Shown in pieces: positions 30,436 to 39,499 of a stretch of 64,000 nt of DNA; the first letter of the stretch is position 1, and every line of letters starts with the position of its first letter. The stretch spans positions 2,195,307 to 2,259,306 of the forward strand of contig OZ244812.1 of NCBI GenBank assembly GCA_965220205.1. Reading direction: 5' to 3'. This DNA comes from Dehalococcoidia bacterium (GTDB lineage Bacteria; Chloroflexota; Dehalococcoidia; Lucifugimonadales; Australimonadaceae). Below the pieces are notes generated by a model, which did not search any database, had not been told where the DNA came from, and saw nothing but the letters and a program-made list of their open reading frames with translations. The position numbers and the translations under genes are program-made.

Positions 30436-31628
30436 GGAACCTCTGAACAACTCACAGTCGGCCGAGTGGTGTTGGTGGGGGGCTCTTCAGCGATTCGCAG
30501 CCCTCTGCTGGTGCCGTGAACGGGGCTGTTGGGGGTCTTCTACCGACCCTGCTGGGGCGGATTCCCTGCTCCCAACCCCGATCTGAACCCACTGCGCCTC
30601 CGTCATGCCGCCAAGCACCGCTGGGCTCTCATCAGGTTCGCCAGCCCCAGCAGCACCATCAGCCGTTGCGTGTTCTTGGCCAGCCCCCGGTAGCGGACCT
30701 TGGCGTAGCCAAAGTGCCGTTTGACGTACAGGAACGGATGCTCCACCTTCGCCCGGACCGACGCCTTGCCCTTCTCCGCCAACGCCTCAGGGCTTCCCGG
30801 CTCCAACTGCCGACGTTGGCCCGGTCGCATCGCCACCTGCCACTCCACCTCCAGCCCCCGATGCTCCGCCCGCTTCTGGACTCCCTGATACCCGGCATCG
30901 CCCCACACCTGCGACTCGCCGCCGTGCAGCAACCGGTGCGCTTCCGTCACGTCGTTCACATTGGCCGGCGTCGTCGCGACGCTGTGCACCACCCCCGTCT
31001 CCGCGTCCACCCCGATGTGCACCTTCATCCCGAAATGCCACCTGTTCCCCTTCTTCACTTGGTGCATCTCCGGGTCTCGCGCACCCGCTCGATTCTTCGT
31101 CGACGACGGCGCCTCGATGATGCTCGCGTCCATGATTGTCCCTTCCTGGAGCAGGAGTCCCTGGGACGCCAGATGCCCTTTGATCTCCGCGAACAGTCCC
31201 TCCCCCAGTTCGTGCTCCTCCAACAGATGACGGAAGTTCAGGATGGTGGTCTCGTCCGGCAGCGGCTCCGACAGCTTCAAGCCCACGAACCGCCGCACCG
31301 ACTCCACGTCGTACAGCAGGTCCTCCATGCCGGGGTCGCTGAGGTTGTAGAACAGCTGCACGCAGTGAATCCGCAGCATCGCCGACAGGGCATACGGATG
31401 GCGTCCCCGGCCCGCCGTGGGGTAGAAGGGACGGATGCGCCCTTCCAGCCGTTCCCAGGGGATCAGCCCGCCCATGCGTTCGAGAAATCGCTCCCTGCGG
31501 GTCTTGCGCTTCTTGCTCTCGTAGTCCACGTCTGCAAAGGTCGGTTGGTCCATCATCGCTTCACTCCCTGGCGCCACTGGGTGACTGCCAGGATACTGCC
31601 TCAACCTATAGACTTGTTCAGAGATTCC
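30436..31628 (-). mobile_element. Complete IS5-family element (1193 bp) with CTAA target duplication
   Basis: Terminal IRs GGAACCTCTGAACAA / TTGTTCAGAGATTCC; CTAA at 30432-30435 and 31629-31632. Confidence 0.95.
30603..31556 (-). CDS. IS5 family transposase
   Basis: KTRRERFL, PDETTILNFRHLLE, DASII, WHFGMKVHIGVD, GDAGYQG, RAKVEHPF. Confidence 0.97.
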   Translation of the reverse strand: MMDQPTFADVDYESKKRKTRRERFLERMGGLIPWERLEGRIRPFYPTAGRGRHPYALSAMLRIHCVQLFYNLSDPGMEDLLYDVESVRRFVGLKLSEPLPDETTILNFRHLLEEHELGEGLFAEIKGHLASQGLLLQEGTIMDASIIEAPSSTKNRAGARDPEMHQVKKGNRWHFGMKVHIGVDAETGVVHSVATTPANVNDVTEAHRLLHGGESQVWGDAGYQGVQKRAEHRGLEVEWQVAMRPGQRRQLEPGSPEALAEKGKASVRAKVEHPFLYVKRHFGYAKVRYRGLAKNTQRLMVLLGLANLMRAQRCLAA

Positions 31629-31632
31629 CTAA

Positions 31633-32460
31633 GGAATCTCTGAATAGCCTGCTCCCCGTCCGTCCTCCCTCCTCCCCGGACCCCCCTTCGTCATTGCTTC
31701 GAAAGTCCTCTCCGGGCCCCCCTCCGTCATCCTCGTGCTTGACACGGGGACCCACGCCCCCGAGCCCGGCGAAGGGGGCGCGCCCCGCCCGCCAACTTTC
31801 GTCGGTTTGTGGTGTGGGGCGCCAGCCCAACGTGAGGGATTCTCGTGCGCAGACACGGGAATCCACGCCCCCCCCCGCCGCGACATCCGCCCCTACCCCC
31901 AACGCCCTCTACCCCCTACCATGCCTACCGAAGCCTGTCCTGAGCCTGTCGAAGGGGGCCCCGAAACCGCCTGGCGCTGGCGCGCCGGGCCGCCCCCCGA
32001 TTTACGAGTAAATGTCGCAAAATGTCGCAGGATGTCGCACTATTTCGCCCCCTCCACTCGTAAACTCTGCAATTTGCGAGTGGAAAACCTCACGTTTTCG
32101 ACCAAAACCCGGCCATTTTGGCCCATTTCCGTTCATTTCCGCGTCCGCAAGCCGGCCGGCGGCGCCTCCGTCATTTCCGTGCCCGGCCCCTCCGTCACTC
32201 CCGGCCCCGACACGGGAATCCACGCCCCCGGCGACCCCAGGCCCGTCCGTCTCGCCCGTTCGTCCTAAGCCCGTCGAGCCCGTCGGCCTCCGGCCCTGCC
32301 CCAGAGGAGGAATGAGACCAAATGAGACTAAATGAGACACTTTAGAAGGGCCGGCTCCCGCCCCCGCTCGTAGACCCGCGCCATTCCGGTCCATTGCTTC
32401 GAAAGACCTCTCCCTCGTCCGCGGGGGAGAGTTAGAGAGGGCCCCACATGAGAGATTCCC
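31633..32460. repeat. Mosaic non-coding repeat element, copy A
   Basis: Starts with an IS5-type end (GGAATCTCTGAA); contains REP-like hairpins, 3x ATGTCGCA and 3x AATGAGAC at 10-bp period; 31874-32230 is homologous to the reverse complement of 40740-41100. Confidence 0.8.
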
Positions 32461-32514
32461 GCCCATTTCCAGTCGTCGCCTCGACGAATGCAGTCCTCGG
32501 CAGACCACCGGCCC

Positions 32515-33471
32515 TCACCCTCCGTGGCGGAACATCACGAGCATGACGGAGCCGACGAGGGATACGGCGATGCCGAGCACGACGCGGAGCGTGATCTTCT
32601 CGAGATGCCGGTTGAACATCCAGGACAGGACGAGCGTGAAGACGCCGCTCAACCGCATGAGCGGGGTGACGACGGCGACCGGCGCCATGGAGAGCGCGAT
32701 GAACCGGAACATCTGAGCCAGGAACACGAAGAAGCCGGCGCCGAGGAAGAGGCGCACGGTGCTGGGCCGCATGGCGGTGATCAGCCCGCGCCTGCCGGGC
32801 GCCAGCAGCGTGACGATGAGCGCGATCGCGGCGGCGGTGTTGGCGATTGCCCCGCCGAGGACCGAGAGGTCGGTGGCGCCCTCGAGCGCGGCGCGGATCA
32901 TGATGGGACTCGTCCCGTAGGCGCCGACGGAGAGGAGCGCGAACAGGTAGCCCTCGGCCTGCCTCAGCTGGAAGGCGGGGGGAGCGTTGGACGCGGGCGC
33001 CGTGTCCGACGCGCCGCGCGGGGGTACGGGCTGTCTCGCGGGCGCGCCGGTGCGCTCGACCATCACGGCGGGGCCGACCAGCACGAGGACGATGCCTACG
33101 CCCATGAGGAACGTGACGCCCTCGTCGAGGAGGAGGTACGCCACGAGGACGGCGTAGGGGGCCGTGAAGCTCTGGACCGGCCCCGTTCGCGTCGCGCCGA
33201 TGGCCGCCATCGACCGGTAGTTGAAGTAGCGCCCGAGGCCGAAGTGGAGGATGCCCGCCGTCGACAGCAGGAGGAACCCCAGGCCGCTCACGTCTCCTGC
33301 CCGGAACAGCTGGCCCGTCACCAGGGCCGCGAACAGGAACATCGGGACGCCGATGATGACGGTGACGAACGCGCCGGCCGACGCGGACGCGACGGCAAGG
33401 CCCCGGCGCGACATCACGCCATTCAGGCTAAACGACAACGACGAGAGAACGGCGAGCGCGACGCCCAGCAT
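32515..33471 (-). CDS. EamA/DMT family transporter
   Basis: Two hydrophobic repeats; GILHFGLGR; ATG 33471 overlaps the upstream stop. Confidence 0.85.
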   Translation of the reverse strand: MLGVALAVLSSLSFSLNGVMSRRGLAVASASAGAFVTVIIGVPMFLFAALVTGQLFRAGDVSGLGFLLLSTAGILHFGLGRYFNYRSMAAIGATRTGPVQSFTAPYAVLVAYLLLDEGVTFLMGVGIVLVLVGPAVMVERTGAPARQPVPPRGASDTAPASNAPPAFQLRQAEGYLFALLSVGAYGTSPIMIRAALEGATDLSVLGGAIANTAAAIALIVTLLAPGRRGLITAMRPSTVRLFLGAGFFVFLAQMFRFIALSMAPVAVVTPLMRLSGVFTLVLSWMFNRHLEKITLRVVLGIAVSLVGSVMLVMFRHGG

Positions 33472-34730
33472 CAGGCGATGACCTGCTCGGCGAACAGGTC
33501 GGCAAGCTGCTCGCCGCTCAGTCCCAGCAGCTCGGCGAGCACTTCCGCCGAATGCTCGCCGAGATTGGGCGGCAACCGCGGCGGCGCGCCGGGCGTCCGC
33601 GACAGCTTCATCGGGTTGCCGGTAAACATAGTCGGGCCCAGCGCCGGGTGGTCGAGTTCCACGAACATGCCCCGGTGGGCAATCTGGGGGTCGGCGGCCA
33701 CCTGCGCGATGTCTTGGACCGGCCCAGCGGGCACGCCCATCTCGGAGAGTATCTCCACCCACTCGGCGGTCGTCCTCTGCCGAATGGCCGCCTCAATGAC
33801 GGGAATGAGCTCCTCGTAGTGCTGGGTGCGGCCCCACCCGGTGAGGTATCGGTCGTCGTCGATGAGCTCAACGTGGTCGATGGCGGCGCAGAAGAGGGGC
33901 CACTGGTCGGTGGAGCCGCCCATGATGGCGACGACGACTTGCCCGTCGCTGGTGTCGAACGCCTGGAAGGGCGTGGAACTGGGATGGCGCGTGCCGAGTC
34001 GCTGCGGCGTCTGGCCCAGCGTGAAGTAGCGCATGAAGGCGTTCTCCATGATGGCGACCTGACAGTCGAGCATGGAGACGTCGATGTACTGCCCCTCGCC
34101 CGAACGCTCGCGCTCGAGCAGCGCGCTTTGGATAGCGATGGTCGTGAAGAGCGCCGCGGTGATGTCGCCGATGCTTGCGCCCGGGCGCACCGGCCCCCGG
34201 CCGGGCTCGCCGGTGATGCTCAGCATGCCGCCCATGCCCTGAACGATGACGTCCAGTGCCGGCCGGTGAGCGTAAGGGCCGCTCTGGCCGAAGCCGGAGA
34301 TCGAGGCGACGACGAGAGCCGGGTTCCGCGCCCGCAGCGTCTCGTAGTCGAGGCCGAACCTGGCCATCGTGCCGGGCCGGAAGTTCTCGACGAGTACGTC
34401 GGCGTGCTCGGCCATGTCGAGCAGGAGGTCGCGGCCCCTCGCCTTGCCGAGGTCGATGGCGACGCTCCGTTTGCCTCGGTTGATGCTCATGAAGTAGGCG
34501 CTGTAGGCGTCCTCGGCCTGACCCTCGGCCTCCGTTGGACGGCCCGCCCCGTCCTGGTCGGCGGGGCGGGCTGACAGAAACGGTCCGTTGCCGCGGGCGG
34601 GGTCGCCCGTGACGGGCTGCTCGATCTTGATCACGTCGGCGCCGAGGTCCGCCATGAGCATCGTCGCGAATGGGCCCGACAGGATGCGGGTGAGGTCCAG
34701 CACGCGAATGCCGTCGAGAGGTCCGGTCAT
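33471..34730 (-). CDS. Family III CoA-transferase (CaiB/BaiF)
   Basis: PLDGIRVLDLTRILSGP, DLGADVIKIE, NRGKRS, ENFRPG, ISGFGQSGP, PNLGEHS. Confidence 0.95.
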   Translation of the reverse strand: MTGPLDGIRVLDLTRILSGPFATMLMADLGADVIKIEQPVTGDPARGNGPFLSARPADQDGAGRPTEAEGQAEDAYSAYFMSINRGKRSVAIDLGKARGRDLLLDMAEHADVLVENFRPGTMARFGLDYETLRARNPALVVASISGFGQSGPYAHRPALDVIVQGMGGMLSITGEPGRGPVRPGASIGDITAALFTTIAIQSALLERERSGEGQYIDVSMLDCQVAIMENAFMRYFTLGQTPQRLGTRHPSSTPFQAFDTSDGQVVVAIMGGSTDQWPLFCAAIDHVELIDDDRYLTGWGRTQHYEELIPVIEAAIRQRTTAEWVEILSEMGVPAGPVQDIAQVAADPQIAHRGMFVELDHPALGPTMFTGNPMKLSRTPGAPPRLPPNLGEHSAEVLAELLGLSGEQLADLFAEQVIA

Positions 34731-34796
34731 GGGGAGCCCCCTACGGGAGAATCAACGCGGGCATTGTACCCGCCTTGGCCGAGCGAGGCCGGGCTC

Positions 34797-35246
34797 CTAG
34801 AGTCGCGGGTCCAGCCTGCGCAGCAACGCGCGCGGATCGGACAGGAGCCCGAACAGGAACAGTCCAGCGGCGACGGCGGCGGCGAGCGCCGCGACGACCG
34901 GCGCGAAGTAGCCCGGTATGCCCGCGAGGACGAGCGCGGCGGCCCCCACGAGCCCCGCGGCGCGTCCCGCTCCGGCGAGCCTTCGCCTCACGGCGTACAG
35001 CCCAAGCAACCCCGACGCGACGGGCGCGACGCTGAACAACAGCGCGGCGCCCCCCACGTCGCCGTTCACGGCAGAGGCCGCGGCGAACGCCAGGTTCATC
35101 CCGCCGAGCCCCAACACGAGCACCGACGCCCCGAGCACGGAAGCGTCGCGTTCCGCGATGCGCCGGGCGCGCAACGCAGCGCTGGGCACGGCAAAGGCCG
35201 CCCCGAAACATGCCAGCACCGCAGCGAACACAGCGAGTTGGGCCAA
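34797..35246 (-). CDS. Hypothetical membrane protein
   Basis: Four to five hydrophobic segments; fills the gap between flanking genes. Confidence 0.55.
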   Translation of the reverse strand: MAQLAVFAAVLACFGAAFAVPSAALRARRIAERDASVLGASVLVLGLGGMNLAFAAASAVNGDVGGAALLFSVAPVASGLLGLYAVRRRLAGAGRAAGLVGAAALVLAGIPGYFAPVVAALAAAVAAGLFLFGLLSDPRALLRRLDPRL

Positions 35247-35269
35247 GAATCGATGCTCCCCCGGCTTCC

Positions 35270-35689
35270 CTAGCCTTGCCTGGCGTCGTGAAGGGTCAGC
35301 GGGACAACCCGGCTGTACCGCTCGAAGTCTGCGTCCGATGTGAACACTGCCAGGCCGCGCCTCTCTGCAGTGGCACAGACCAGGAAATCTACCGCTGACC
35401 CGGCGACGCCGACAGAACGACAGCGATTCCCGATTCGGGCTGCCTCCTCGTAGTCGTCCTCGCTGAGAGCCTCGTCGTCGAAAGCTCTTAGCTGCTCACG
35501 AAGCCGTTCGAAGACGGCTTCGTCTCGGATGCCAGACAAGAGTTCTTGCCGCACCGGCCCGACTATCGCCACTCGCCCCTCGCGGATGAGTTCAACCAGC
35601 TCCGCCCGAAGCGCGCGCTCCGGCCCGCTGATGCTCTCGGCGCGACGCAGAGCAAGAGACCAGACGCTGGTGTCGACCAGGACGTCCAC
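35270..35689 (-). CDS. vapC: PIN-domain toxin VapC
   Basis: VLVDTSVW, QELLSG, VDFLVCA, FTSDADF. Confidence 0.92.
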   Translation of the reverse strand: MDVLVDTSVWSLALRRAESISGPERALRAELVELIREGRVAIVGPVRQELLSGIRDEAVFERLREQLRAFDDEALSEDDYEEAARIGNRCRSVGVAGSAVDFLVCATAERRGLAVFTSDADFERYSRVVPLTLHDARQG

Positions 35690-35904
35690 TAAACGCTGCG
35701 CCGTTGGCGCTCAGCCTTGTAGTCGTATGATGGGTCGCAGGGGATCTGGTCGAACAGGTCTAGCGCCACCGCCTGCCTGGAGCGTCGGACGTACTCCTTC
35801 AGCGCGGCGGTCACCGCTCCCCGCTTGGTGCGGTGTCCTCCCAAGCGCTTCGCTTCGTCGACCAAGTCGTCGTCCAAGAGTAGGTGCGTAGGCACTTCGC
35901 TCAC
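35689..35904 (-). CDS. vapB: VapB-family antitoxin
   Basis: LLLDDDLVDEAKRLGGHRTKRGAVTAALKEYVRR; coupled to vapC. Confidence 0.88.
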   Translation of the reverse strand: MSEVPTHLLLDDDLVDEAKRLGGHRTKRGAVTAALKEYVRRSRQAVALDLFDQIPCDPSYDYKAERQRRSV

Positions 35905-35956
35905 ATCCTCTGCCGAATAGAGTGGCGCCGTAGAGGACGGAAGCCTGGGCTTCCAT

Positions 35957-36523
35957 CTAACCTAACGGCGGCGAACCGAACCCCGGTTGCAAGGGCCCAA
36001 CGAGCACGCCAAGGTCGGCCCAGCCGTAGGCGACCTCCGGAAGCTCAACTCCTTTGGAATTGTAGAGGCCTTGCTTGTCGAGCAGCTGGTCGCCAAGCGA
36101 CTCGTAGAAGCGGCGATACGGACTGTCGGCCAGCGCCCACACGAGCATGGACCGCATGTCCCGCTCGACGAGTTCTCTGGCCGTCGCCGCCGTCAGGAGG
36201 CGGCCCACGCCCTGGCGCTGGCGGTCCGGCAGCACGTAGAGGGCGTAGAGCTCGCCCGCGTACTCAGGGGCCCCGGACCGCTCCCGCCCACCCCCTGCGA
36301 ACCCGACAACGCCGCCGTCGTCCTCCGCGACCAGGAGCCCGCGGCCGTGGCCCGACAGACGTTCTCGCCGGCGAGCCTCCCGGTCGTCGTACGTCAGCCC
36401 GACGAGGACACTGTCGGGGACGACGCCCCGGTACGACGAGCGCCAAGTGTCCACGTGCGCCTTGGCGATGGCGGCCGCGTCGGCGACGCCCGCTTCGCGG
36501 ATGAGCCATTCGGGGTGAGGCAT
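35957..36523 (-). CDS. GNAT N-acetyltransferase
   Basis: HVDTWRSSYRG, ELYALYVLPDRQRQGVG, FYESLG. Confidence 0.88.
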   Translation of the reverse strand: MPHPEWLIREAGVADAAAIAKAHVDTWRSSYRGVVPDSVLVGLTYDDREARRRERLSGHGRGLLVAEDDGGVVGFAGGGRERSGAPEYAGELYALYVLPDRQRQGVGRLLTAATARELVERDMRSMLVWALADSPYRRFYESLGDQLLDKQGLYNSKGVELPEVAYGWADLGVLVGPLQPGFGSPPLG

Positions 36524-36638
36524 GGTTAGGCTACATTGCCACGCAACGCCGAGGGCCGCAAGCCGAGATTCAAGCCTACCTCTGGGGCGCCAACGACCGT
36601 CACCGTTGGGAAGTGGCAGCGCCTGGCCCAGCCGTGGC

Positions 36639-38303
36639 CTAGACGGCGCGACCGTCGTCGTTGCGCAGCATCATCGTGCGCAGCAGCGGGACCGGCGGGC
36701 CGCCGTGGCTGAGGAGCTCGTCGTGGAACGCCTTCAAACTGTAGGCGTCCCCCTGCTCCGCCTGCCAATCGGCGCGGAGCTTGTAGATCAGCAGCTTGCC
36801 AAGCGTGTAGTTGAGATACCCCGGATCGAACGTCCCGCGCACCGCCTCGTGCCGGGCGGGCAGCTCCTCCATGTACGCGTTGTCCTGAAAGAACCGCGCC
36901 GCGTCGTCAAGCGCGAGACCCTGCGTGTGCATTCGGAGCGAGCAGAGCAGGCGGCACACGCGGACGAGCGCCTCCTGAGCCTGGGCAAACTCCATGCGGG
37001 GGTCGCCGCCGCCGTAGCCCGCCTCGAGCATCATCTCCTCGCAGTAGTGCGCCCAGCCCTCCCAGAACGAGTAGGCGCCGAACACCTTCGACACGGCGGA
37101 AGGGGCGTAGTGATGCCGCAAGAAGTGCACGTAGTGCCCGGGGTACACCTCATGCACCGAGATCACCTTGAGCGTGGCGTAGTTGAAGTTGCTCAACCAC
37201 TCCTCGGCCTGCTCGGCGCTCCAGTGCTCCTCGACCGGCGTCACGTAGTAGAACGACTCCGTCGCCGTCTGCTCGAATGCGCCGGGGCCGTTCATCGCCG
37301 CAAAGGCCCAGCGCATGAACGCGGGCGTCTCGCGCACCTCGCACCGCACCTCGGACACCACCGACGCCACATCGTGGTCGACGACGTAGGCCCGGGTCTC
37401 CTCGAGCATCTCGCGCGTCTCGTCGATGAGGCGGTCTGCCGATGGGTGGTCACGAGTGACGACCGCGATCGCCTCGGCCAACGGCGCCCCGGGCGCGATC
37501 CGCTCAGCCGCTCGACGCACTATCTCTTGATTGCGGGCAAGCTCTCGCTCGCCGGCCGCCTCGATCTCCGCGAGCGGCAGGTCCACCATCTCGCCATGGC
37601 GGAGCATCTCAGCGTAGAGGTCCGCGCCGATGGCGAACTCGTCGGTTGCGCCGTCGCGGACCCCTTTCAGGTAATCGACAAAGCCGCCTACCGCCTCAGC
37701 CGCCAACCCGATAGCAGCCGTCGCGTCCTGAGCGAGGCCGTCCGAGGCGTGCTGACCGACGAATGCCGCGAGGTCGCCCTCGTAGAAGCCGCGAAGTCCC
37801 TCGTACGCCTCGATCCCCTGCTCGAGGACCGGGGCAGGCAGCGGCGGCGCCAGCAGCGAGCGGACCCCTTCCAGGTACGCGGGCACGCCGCGCAACAGGC
37901 GAGCCAGGCTCGCGATGCGCTGCTCGACCGGCGCGTAGGAGCGGTCCATGTAGTTCGTGACATCGATGGGGTACATCAGAGCCATCGGGTCCTTGCGGAA
38001 GGGACGCAGCCGGGTCAAGTCGAACAGCTCGCCGCGCAGACCTCCGACGATGAGGGCGTAGTCGAAGCGTCCCTGAGCGTCGAGAGCATCCAACGGCACG
38101 GCGTCGGCGGCCGCGAGCTCGGAACTCAGCTCCGCCGCGCGAGCGTCAAACGCCGCCTGCGATGCGACGGGCAGCACGCCGTCGAACTCGTGGAAGCCCG
38201 ACGAAGCGGCCTCGGCCGGATGCGCGCGCCACCGCTCTCGCAGCACGCGCTCCGACAGCGCAGCCAGCGCCTCGCCTGCTTCTTTCTCAGCGTCAGTGGT
38301 CAT
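36639..38303 (-). CDS. DUF885 family protein
   Basis: HEVYPGH, FWEGWAHYCE, YTLGKL, FHDELL. Confidence 0.9.
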   Translation of the reverse strand: MTTDAEKEAGEALAALSERVLRERWRAHPAEAASSGFHEFDGVLPVASQAAFDARAAELSSELAAADAVPLDALDAQGRFDYALIVGGLRGELFDLTRLRPFRKDPMALMYPIDVTNYMDRSYAPVEQRIASLARLLRGVPAYLEGVRSLLAPPLPAPVLEQGIEAYEGLRGFYEGDLAAFVGQHASDGLAQDATAAIGLAAEAVGGFVDYLKGVRDGATDEFAIGADLYAEMLRHGEMVDLPLAEIEAAGERELARNQEIVRRAAERIAPGAPLAEAIAVVTRDHPSADRLIDETREMLEETRAYVVDHDVASVVSEVRCEVRETPAFMRWAFAAMNGPGAFEQTATESFYYVTPVEEHWSAEQAEEWLSNFNYATLKVISVHEVYPGHYVHFLRHHYAPSAVSKVFGAYSFWEGWAHYCEEMMLEAGYGGGDPRMEFAQAQEALVRVCRLLCSLRMHTQGLALDDAARFFQDNAYMEELPARHEAVRGTFDPGYLNYTLGKLLIYKLRADWQAEQGDAYSLKAFHDELLSHGGPPVPLLRTMMLRNDDGRAV

Positions 38304-38401
38304 GCGGGCAGGTTATGCGGTCTCCGCGGCGAGGACAACCGGGGCAGGCGAGGGCGTGGATTCCCGTGTCGGCGCGGGAGAGACGGGGAGGGGCATGCCT
38401 T

Positions 38402-39067
38402 CTAGAACAGCTCCGTCTCCGCCTCCTCCGGGTCCTCGTCGATACGCTCGGGGCAGTTCACGGAGGTGATGTCGCAGAAGCCGCACTCGGAGGGGCTCGG
38501 CGTTCTCAGCGGGGGATGCTCACCGTCCGCGAGTCTCTTGATGAGGCTGGCGACCCGGTCGACGAATACCTCGTCAACGGCAGAGGACGGTATGTCCATG
38601 GCGTAGTCGTTGTAGACGACACGACCCGCGATTGGCAGGTCCCGGTACTGGGGTCGGGCGAGCGGAAACGCCCACATGTAGAGCATCACCTGGGCGCTGT
38701 GGAAGACGTGCGGCTGGCCTGACTTGACGTCGTGGATGGTCACGTTGCCGTCCTCGATGGATACGAGATCGGGCGTCCCGGCGAGCGTGGCGGACGCTCC
38801 CCGGAGCTTGAAGTTGTTCTGATTGTCGACGTACACAGCCGCGCCGTCCGCGATAAGGAGCTCGCGCTCCTCGTTGAGGCGCGTGTTGTGCTCCATGATC
38901 CAGCGGTCGCGGTCGAAATCGGAGGGAGCTTTCGGCCAACTCCAGCCTTCGTGCTGCGCCCTGAACCAGGACGCCCACCAGCAGAAGTCATGGCCCGAGA
39001 GGAGCTTTGCGAGCCACGTTACCCAGACGTAGGGCTGCTCTCGGACCTGAGGCCCGCCGAGGTTCAC
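38402..39067 (-). CDS. PD-(D/E)XK nuclease, solo Cas4-like with probable Fe-S cysteines
   Basis: GTPDLV..IHDVKSG..QVMLY; N-terminal Cys plus C-terminal CGFCDITSVNCP; GTGA overlap with the VOC gene. Confidence 0.8.
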   Translation of the reverse strand: MNLGGPQVREQPYVWVTWLAKLLSGHDFCWWASWFRAQHEGWSWPKAPSDFDRDRWIMEHNTRLNEERELLIADGAAVYVDNQNNFKLRGASATLAGTPDLVSIEDGNVTIHDVKSGQPHVFHSAQVMLYMWAFPLARPQYRDLPIAGRVVYNDYAMDIPSSAVDEVFVDRVASLIKRLADGEHPPLRTPSPSECGFCDITSVNCPERIDEDPEEAETELF

Positions 39068-39450
39068 TGGTCGAGCCCCGGGGGCGAGGGCGCTGTCATG
39101 AGCTCGATGCTGTGGCCGTCGGGATCGGTGAAGAAGATGCGGCGGCCGCCGTTCAGGTGGTCCCACTGCATATTCTTGTCGCGGCTGCTCGTGCCGTAGG
39201 CGATGTCATCGTCGCCCAAGCGTCCCAGGACCGCGTCGAACTCCTCGTCCGCTACGTGAAACGCGAGGTGCAGCCGTGGGAGCTCGCCGCCTGTGTCCTT
39301 GTCGTCGAAGCGCACAACCAGCGTGCCGTTCACTCGAACGTGCCCCTGCGAGCCGCGAACGCCCAGGAACTCCCAGCCCATCACTCGCGCCATCAGCCGG
39401 CTCGCCGCCTCCTTGTCCCTCACTGGAACGATCGTGTGGTCCAACTCCAT
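39064..39450 (-). CDS. VOC/glyoxalase family protein
   Basis: LDHTIVPVRD, HLAFHV, FFTDPDGHSIEL. Confidence 0.9.
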   Translation of the reverse strand: MELDHTIVPVRDKEAASRLMARVMGWEFLGVRGSQGHVRVNGTLVVRFDDKDTGGELPRLHLAFHVADEEFDAVLGRLGDDDIAYGTSSRDKNMQWDHLNGGRRIFFTDPDGHSIELMTAPSPPGLDQ

Positions 39451-39499
39451 GGCTGCCTCCTCTGCCGCGCCGCTGCGTCGACGGCGGGTTCTGGTCCGG

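Noticed and set aside
31618..32508. Several short ORFs in the repeat region (and at 40429-40932)
   Set aside because: They are translations of the repeat modules; similarity between copies is at the DNA-motif level and the frames are not preserved.
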